Part shown: one piece after another, positions 6,051 through 10,889 of the stretch | Layout of the letters: every line of letters starts with the position of its first letter | Numbering within the stretch: the stretch's first letter is position 1 | Source: Candidatus Iainarchaeum sp. | GTDB lineage: Archaea; Iainarchaeota; Iainarchaeia; Iainarchaeales; DTGL01 | Reading direction: 5' to 3' | NCBI GenBank assembly: GCA_038736825.1 | Contig: JAVYME010000037.1 | Coordinates: 1 to 10,889, forward strand | DNA length: 10,889 nucleotides | Program-made: the position numbers and the translations under genes | The notes under the pieces: generated by a model | The model's input: the letters and a program-made list of their open reading frames with translations, nothing else | Told to the model about the DNA's origin: nothing | Databases searched by the model: none

Positions 6051-6670
6051 AATTAAAAATAGAAAAAATCAGGGTAATGCTTGTACTGGATTCAAGGCTT
6101 TCCAGAAAAGACATTTTTGAGGATTGCAGGAGTGCAGTGAAAGCAGGCATTCCTGCAGTGCAATACCGAGAAAAACAAAAAAACCCAGAGGAAATGGTTT
6201 TGGATTGCTTGAGGCTCAAAGAAATTTGCTCTGGAAAAGCCTTATTGTTTGTAAACGATTTTCCAGATATTGCTTTTGCTTGCGGGGCTGACGGAGTGCA
6301 TTTAGGGCAAGAGGATTGTTCAGTGCAAGAAGCAAGAGAATTGCTGCCTGAAGCAATCATTGGAGTGACAGTTCACAATGTGAAAGAAGCAATAAAGGCT
6401 GAAAAGGATGGAGCAAGTTTTGTTTCAGCAAGCCCTGTTTTTGCAACAACAACCAAAAGCGATGCCGGTGAACCCATTGGCTTGAAAGGCATTAAAGCAA
6501 TAAAAGAATCCATTGGAATTCCAGTAATGGGAATAGGAGGCATCAATCTTGAAAACGCTAAAAGCGTTTTAGAAGCAGGCGCTGACGCGATTGCTGTTGT
6601 TTCATGCATTGTTGCCAGCAACAATGTTTTTGAGAGTTCTAAAAAATTGCTTGAAGTGGTGAAAAAATGA
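6047..6670 (+). CDS. thiE: Thiamine-phosphate synthase
   Basis: 207-aa TIM-barrel pattern: VQYREK, ALLFVNDFPDIAFACGADGVHLGQED, IGVTVHN, SASPVFATTTK, PVMGIGGI, GADAIAVVS. The start overlaps the thiM stop (ATGA at 6047-6050). A Shine-Dalgarno site AGGGGA lies at 6035-6040. Confidence 0.92.
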   Translation: MKLKIEKIRVMLVLDSRLSRKDIFEDCRSAVKAGIPAVQYREKQKNPEEMVLDCLRLKEICSGKALLFVNDFPDIAFACGADGVHLGQEDCSVQEARELLPEAIIGVTVHNVKEAIKAEKDGASFVSASPVFATTTKSDAGEPIGLKGIKAIKESIGIPVMGIGGINLENAKSVLEAGADAIAVVSCIVASNNVFESSKKLLEVVKK

Positions 6671-7941
6671 CTCAACTGGAAGAAGCAAAAAAAGGAAAAA
6701 TAACCCTTGAAATGAAGCATGTTGCCAGAGAAGAGGGCTTTCCAGAAAAAAAAATCCAGCAATGGATTAAATCCGGAGCACTCATAATCCCTGCAAACCA
6801 AGAACACTTAAAACAAGGCTTAAAACCATTGGGAATCGGGGAAATGCTGCGAACAAAAGTAAATGTAAACCTTGGCACAAGCCCTTTGGACTACAATTTC
6901 AAAAAAGAAACCAGAAAACTTGAAATTGCCTTAAAATATGGCGCTGACGCAATAATGGATTTAAGCAATTTCGGGCAAATAGACAAAAACCGAAAAAAAA
7001 TAATAAAAAAATGCCCTGTTCCTGTTGGAACAGTTCCAGTATACCAAGCAGGCTCTTTCAAAGACTTTGAAAACATTTCAGTTGACGCATTCCTTGAAAT
7101 AGTTGAAAGGCATTGCAGGGACGGAGTAGACTTTGTCACAGTGCATTCAGGCATTACCCGAAAAACACTGCCCTTTGCAAAAAACCGCCTTACAGGAATT
7201 GTAAGCAAGGGCGGAGCCCTAATGGCAAAATGGATGCTTGCAAACAATGCAGAAAACCCTTACAAGCAATATTTTGACGAATTATGCGAAATTGTCCGAG
7301 AATACGACACAGCCTTCAGCTTGGGAGACGCCCTAAGACCAGGTTCAATCCATGACGCCACAGACAAAGCACAAATAGAAGAATTGAAAGTTGTCTCAAA
7401 ACAAGCTGAAAGAGCACGCGAATTAGGCGTTCAAGTAATGATTGAAGGGCCAGGGCACATTCCATTAAACCAAATCAAAAAAAACATGGATTTAAAGAAA
7501 AAATATGCGGGAAAAACCCCTTTTTATGTTTTGGGCCCGCTTGTAACAGACATTGGAGCAGGCTATGACCACATTACTGGAGCAATAGGCGGCGCACTAG
7601 CCGCATACCATGGTGCAGCCTTTTTATGCTATGTAACGCCAAGCGAGCACTTGGGCTTGCCTGATGAAAAAGACGTCAGGGAAGGATTAATGGCTTCAAG
7701 AATTGCAGCACACGCAGCAGACTTGGCTCTTGGAAAAAAAGGAGAGCTTGAAAGAAATAACAGGATGTCAAGAGCTCGCTTCAACTTGGACTGGCAGGGA
7801 ATGTTCAAAGAAGCCCTTGACCCAGAAAAAGCCTGCGAGTACAGGAAAAAATCCGGAGTAAACAAAAAGCACGGTGTTTGCACAATGTGTGGACAGTATT
7901 GCCCAATGAAGGCAACCAAAAAATTCAAGGAGAAATTGTAA
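6667..7941 (+). CDS. thiC: Phosphomethylpyrimidine (HMP-P) synthase, radical SAM
   Basis: 424 aa with IEGPGHIPLNQI, YVLGPLVTDIGAGYDHITGAIGGA, FLCYVTPSEHLGLP and the C-terminal CX2CX4C cluster CTMCGQYCPMK. The start overlaps the thiE stop (ATGA at 6667-6670). A Shine-Dalgarno site GGTGA lies at 6658-6662. The gene contains in-frame A9 (6746-6754) and A8 (6993-7000) runs. Confidence 0.95.
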   Translation: MTQLEEAKKGKITLEMKHVAREEGFPEKKIQQWIKSGALIIPANQEHLKQGLKPLGIGEMLRTKVNVNLGTSPLDYNFKKETRKLEIALKYGADAIMDLSNFGQIDKNRKKIIKKCPVPVGTVPVYQAGSFKDFENISVDAFLEIVERHCRDGVDFVTVHSGITRKTLPFAKNRLTGIVSKGGALMAKWMLANNAENPYKQYFDELCEIVREYDTAFSLGDALRPGSIHDATDKAQIEELKVVSKQAERARELGVQVMIEGPGHIPLNQIKKNMDLKKKYAGKTPFYVLGPLVTDIGAGYDHITGAIGGALAAYHGAAFLCYVTPSEHLGLPDEKDVREGLMASRIAAHAADLALGKKGELERNNRMSRARFNLDWQGMFKEALDPEKACEYRKKSGVNKKHGVCTMCGQYCPMKATKKFKEKL

Positions 7942-8921
7942 TGCCCTCAGTTGAAGAAATCGGCGGAGAATTCGCCTTAATTGAAAGGATTTCCAAAATT
8001 TTAGGCAAACCAAAAAACAAGGCAGTGGTAAGGGGAATCGGTGACGATTGCGCAGTAATCAAAATCGGCAAAAAACTAGCGGTTTTCACTGTTGATTGCT
8101 TGGTTGAAGGCGACCATTTTTCCCTTGAATACTTCACTCCAAGAGAAATCGGCATGAAAGCAATAGAAATAAATGCAAGCGATGTGTATTCAATGAACGC
8201 AAAGCCAGCGTTTGCACTCATATCCCTCATCCTACCGGCTGGAATTTCCACGGAATTGATTGAGGGAATCTATAAGGGAATGCGTTTTTCTGCAAAAAAG
8301 CACAACCTAGACATTGTTGGTGGCAACATCACGCATGGAAAAAAACTCTCCATTGATGTTTCAATGCTTGGCTTTGTTTTAGGAAAACCGGTTTACAGGA
8401 ATAGTGCAAAGCCAGGCGATTTTTTATGCGTTTCAGGACCACTTGGAGGCAGCACAGCCGGCCTCAACCTGTTCCTGCAAAAAAAGAAAGGCTTTGAAAA
8501 AGTGAAAAAAATGCACACTCAGCCAAAAGCTAAACCGGAGAAAGCCTTAAAGATTGCTCCTTTTGCGAGCGCAATGGAGGATGTTTCAGACGGGCTTGCC
8601 TCAGAGGCAAGGAACATTTGCAAGGAAAGCAAGTGCGCGGCAATAATTTTTCGCAATCTCGTGCCAGTGCTTCCCGAGGTTCAACAAGCAGCAATTGCAC
8701 TCAAAATGAATGCAGTGGATTTCGCTCTTTTTGGCGGCGAAGACTTTGAAATGGTTTTCACGGTTCCACCAAAAAACATTGGCAGAGTAAAAGGCTTCAT
8801 TGTAGGAAAAATCATTCGCGGAAAAGGCGTTTTCCTGCAAGAAAAAGACAAAAGGAAAAAATTAGAACAGTTTGGCTATGACCACTTCATCAAAAAAACA
8901 CAGCCAAAGGGGCTTGAGTGA
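7941..8921 (+). CDS. thiL: Thiamine-monophosphate kinase (PurM/AIR-synthase-like fold)
   Basis: The track ORF 7878-8921 was trimmed to ATG 7941, which overlaps the thiC stop (TAATG). AAGGAG (7927-7932) lies 8 nt upstream. The product MPSVEEIGGEFALIERI...GIGDDCAVI...FTVDCLVEGDHF...PREIGMKAIEINASDVYSMNAKP...DIVGGNIT fits the ThiL signature. Confidence 0.88.
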   Translation: MPSVEEIGGEFALIERISKILGKPKNKAVVRGIGDDCAVIKIGKKLAVFTVDCLVEGDHFSLEYFTPREIGMKAIEINASDVYSMNAKPAFALISLILPAGISTELIEGIYKGMRFSAKKHNLDIVGGNITHGKKLSIDVSMLGFVLGKPVYRNSAKPGDFLCVSGPLGGSTAGLNLFLQKKKGFEKVKKMHTQPKAKPEKALKIAPFASAMEDVSDGLASEARNICKESKCAAIIFRNLVPVLPEVQQAAIALKMNAVDFALFGGEDFEMVFTVPPKNIGRVKGFIVGKIIRGKGVFLQEKDKRKKLEQFGYDHFIKKTQPKGLE

Positions 8922-8923
8922 GT

Positions 8924-10063
8924 TTAAATTGCTTCAAAACACTCGGCTTTTGTGTTAGCGTCACTGATTTTGTTGCAGTATTGTTTTTCCTTACTTTCCA
9001 AAGCGTTATGAAAGTAACAAAAGTCTCGCATTGAGTATCCGTCTCCTACAAAGTTTATTTTTTCGCATGCTGTTACATCATTGTTCTGCAAGCCATAGAA
9101 ATTAAAACATACATCCCGCAAAGGGTATTCCCCTCTGTCAGTAGAATCAATATAATTTATTTTTTCACAGACACTCATGTCTTTTTTCAAGACGGCATAC
9201 CCTGAAAGACAGTTGGCATGGTAGAGTGGGGATTTCTCCTTCAATGCTTCGCATTTTGAATAATCCGAAGATTGAATGGCGGCAGTAAGTATGCACTCAA
9301 AATTGCTGAAATCGCAGAGCAATGCGATTCCATTCCTCGCCATGATTTGCGCAAAATACGAAATATTGATTACAAAAAAGAGAGCAAAGGAAAATAGTAT
9401 CAAGGCTGAAAAAAATTTCTTTTTCCCGATTTTTTCTGGTATAATGCTCTCAATTCCGAAAAGTTTTTTAGTTTTGTACGCAAAGAAGGCAAATGTTGCT
9501 ACCATTGATAGTAAAAACCAATGCTCAATCGACTTAATTATGTCAAAAGCGATTGCCCAATAGTTGCAATTAATAAAGCGATGCATTTGTTCTGGATATG
9601 CTATACAATAAAGATAACTCTGGCTACTAATGAGAAAAAACATGAACGCAAAGGCGTAGCTTTCTAAGAGCACCAAATAAAGAGCAAATTTTCTTTTTTT
9701 TATAAGTCCGATTAATGCGAATGTTGCTGTTGCCAAAAATGCAAATCCAAAAAGCAGACTATCTAACTGCATATTTTGGTTTGTTCCATTTGAAAGGACT
9801 TTAATAATGCTTAATAAACTAAGTGCAGCAAAAAAACCATTAAGTTCGATCAAAGCAACCCAATACTTTTTCTCGCTTTCTTTCCCTCTCCTGATGAAAT
9901 CAAAAAGAACAATTGTACAAATAAGTGCAAACAATGTGTTCATGAGATTGTCTTCTAGTTTTAGTTGCGAAAAATATGCTCGAAGCCAAAGGCTCCAACC
10001 TCTAATGGTTAGTGCAGTCAACAATATGATTCCGATAATCCAGTGCTTCTTTTCTTTTTCCAT
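8924..10063 (-). CDS. 7-TM membrane protein with a C-terminal Cys-rich repeat ectodomain, function unknown
   Basis: 379-aa ORF. The ATG at 10063 overlaps the upstream gene's stop (TAATG) and follows GAGGTGA. It has seven hydrophobic segments with alternating basic loops: KEKKH, RRGKESEKK, KKRK, KTKK..KIGKKK. The last 130 aa carry 10 Cys in four units starting CEAL, CEKI, CEKI and CNKI. I recognise no family. Confidence 0.75.
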   Translation of the reverse strand: MEKEKKHWIIGIILLTALTIRGWSLWLRAYFSQLKLEDNLMNTLFALICTIVLFDFIRRGKESEKKYWVALIELNGFFAALSLLSIIKVLSNGTNQNMQLDSLLFGFAFLATATFALIGLIKKRKFALYLVLLESYAFAFMFFLISSQSYLYCIAYPEQMHRFINCNYWAIAFDIIKSIEHWFLLSMVATFAFFAYKTKKLFGIESIIPEKIGKKKFFSALILFSFALFFVINISYFAQIMARNGIALLCDFSNFECILTAAIQSSDYSKCEALKEKSPLYHANCLSGYAVLKKDMSVCEKINYIDSTDRGEYPLRDVCFNFYGLQNNDVTACEKINFVGDGYSMRDFCYFHNALESKEKQYCNKISDANTKAECFEAI

Positions 10064-10698
10064 TACTTCACCTCGGCTTTTATTTCTATTTTTATTCCAG
10101 GATAGTTTGAATTGGTGATTTCAATTTCTTCTTTTATTGGGCCAATGCCTTCAGCATACCAGCGCGTTGAAACAATTTTTGCTCCGTCCGAGCGCTCGTT
10201 TTTAGAGTAAACTCTTAAGGCGTCATAAGAAACGCCTTTTATTTCAATTGGCTCTATTGTTTCAATTCTTCCAGAGAGCGTGCTTTCTATTTCGCCTTCC
10301 TTTCCACTCCATTCCCACTGGGTTCCGGAAACATATGGTTTTTTTATCAAGGGCATTGGAGGGTTTATGGAAAGGGATTGCAAGCCGAATTTTCTTTCAA
10401 TTACAAAAACGCCTTCTTTGTTTTCAAAATAGCATTCTGAATGGTCTTCTTGCCTGTCAAACAAAAAAGAAAACTCTTTGCAGTCAATAGAACCTGACTG
10501 CCTTAGCGCGCCAGGCTTGAAGGCAAGAACAGAAACTTGCTCGTTGTTGCCTTGCGGTGAAACAATTTTCATAGAATACTTGAATTCAATTTCTTGCGCG
10601 GAATCCAAGGGGTAATAGTTTTTTTCAGGTTGAGGGGAAGAGCACCCAAAAAGCAATAAAAAGACAGCCATAACCGGCAAAAACGCTGTTTTTTCCAT
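10063..10698 (-). CDS. Putative lipoprotein or secreted beta-rich protein, function unknown
   Basis: The track ORF begins at TTG 10716 and was trimmed to ATG 10698. The product starts MEKTAFLPVMAVFLLLFG-C-SSPQP, a signal peptide with the lipobox-like LFGC. The body is beta-rich and ends ..STRWYAEGIGPIKEEIEI... It is first in an operon with the 7-TM gene. Confidence 0.75.
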   Translation of the reverse strand: MEKTAFLPVMAVFLLLFGCSSPQPEKNYYPLDSAQEIEFKYSMKIVSPQGNNEQVSVLAFKPGALRQSGSIDCKEFSFLFDRQEDHSECYFENKEGVFVIERKFGLQSLSINPPMPLIKKPYVSGTQWEWSGKEGEIESTLSGRIETIEPIEIKGVSYDALRVYSKNERSDGAKIVSTRWYAEGIGPIKEEIEITNSNYPGIKIEIKAEVK

Positions 10699-10718
10699 GT
10701 TTAAGTTTAACACCAAAC

Positions 10719-10728
10719 TTATATATAA
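10719..10728. promoter_or_regulatory. Palindromic TATA box shared by two divergent genes
   Basis: TTATATATAA lies exactly 20 nt from ATG 10698 on the minus strand and 20 nt from ATG 10749 on the plus strand. A-rich BRE-like flanks sit on both sides: CCAAAC on the left and, on the right, GGTTTT, whose reverse complement is AAAACC. Neither start codon has a usable Shine-Dalgarno site. Confidence 0.5.
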
Positions 10729-10748
10729 GGTTTTCAGATAAATTATTC

Positions 10749-10889
10749 ATGCAATTCCTTGAAATCGCGCAAGCCTTTGAATTGATTGAAAAAACCGGTT
10801 CGCGCATTGGAATGACAGAGCACCTTGCAGGATTGTTCAAAAAGGCAAAGCCAGAAGAACTGCAAAAAATTGTTTATTTGTGCCAGGGC
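10749..10889 (+). CDS. lig: ATP-dependent DNA ligase, N-terminal 47 codons (runs off the window)
   Basis: Absent from the track because it is open-ended. ATG 10749 gives MQFLEIAQAFELIEKTGSRIGMTEHLAGLFKKAKPEELQKIVYLCQG. This matches the conserved N-terminus of archaeal Lig, e.g. M.YLELA..Y..LEKT....KT...A.F.KK......L....YL..G in Pyrococcus Lig as I recall it. Confidence 0.75.
   Translation, partial: MQFLEIAQAFELIEKTGSRIGMTEHLAGLFKKAKPEELQKIVYLCQG

Noticed and set aside
5336-6807. Long antisense ORFs in the thi operon: 5336-5869 (177 aa), 5971-6360 (129 aa), 6373-6807 (144 aa). Later ones are 6672-6878, 6891-7247, 7629-7928, 7768-8013, 7925-8251 and 8601-8840
   Set aside because: They lie opposite strongly supported ThiM, ThiE, ThiC and ThiL frames. 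The translations are Ser/Pro/Phe-rich shadow sequences.
7878-7940. 21-codon N-terminal extension of the thiL ORF in the track
   Set aside because: It lies entirely inside the thiC 3' end. ATG 7941 has an AAGGAG Shine-Dalgarno site and begins with the conserved ThiL N-terminus.
9276-10490. Plus-strand ORFs 9276-9563, 9807-10118 and 10248-10490, and minus-strand ORF 10625-10840
   Set aside because: They are antisense to, or out of frame with, the lipoprotein and 7-TM genes, or they span the divergent promoter. No motifs are present.
10699-10716. TTG start at 10716 for the lipoprotein gene (MVLNLN extension)
   Set aside because: It would put the start codon 3 nt from the TATA box. ATG 10698 gives a standard signal-peptide N-terminus (MEKTAF...) and symmetric promoter geometry.
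1-10889. CRISPR arrays, rRNA genes, IS elements or long direct repeats
   Set aside because: Reading through both strands, I saw no regularly spaced repeats, rRNA-like segments, transposase or integrase ORFs, or terminal inverted repeats.

Overview
This window looks like an AT-rich archaeal chromosomal segment. The evidence is an archaeal-type ProRS, an ATP-dependent DNA ligase N-terminus, TATA-type promoters, leaderless first genes with Shine-Dalgarno sites only inside operons, and a tRNA intron in a bulge-helix-bulge motif. Lineage cannot be fixed from the window; a small-genome uncultivated archaeon is only a guess.

Left to right:
- (-) A PKD-domain surface protein, 593+ codons. It runs off the left edge, so it is missing from the supplied ORF track.
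- (-) proS.
- (+) An RHH antitoxin followed by a RelE/ParE-like toxin that is split by a +1 frameshift at an A8 run.
- (-) tRNA-Pro(GGG).
- (+) A small 4-TM membrane protein.
- (-) tRNA-Lys(CUU) carrying a 25-nt intron at the non-canonical 30/31 position.
- (-) tRNA-Pro(UGG).
- (+) A translationally coupled thiM-thiE-thiC-thiL thiamine operon.
- (-) A two-gene operon: a lipobox protein, then a 7-TM protein with a C-terminal Cys-rich repeat ectodomain.
- (+) The first 47 codons of a DNA ligase, also absent from the ORF track.

No CRISPR array, rRNA, transposase or integrase was seen. The supplied track uses TTG/GTG starts and the longest ORFs, so several N-termini were trimmed. The most unusual items are the uncharacterised surface-protein operon, the non-canonical tRNA intron, the frameshifted toxin, and a palindromic TATA box exactly centred between two divergent start codons.
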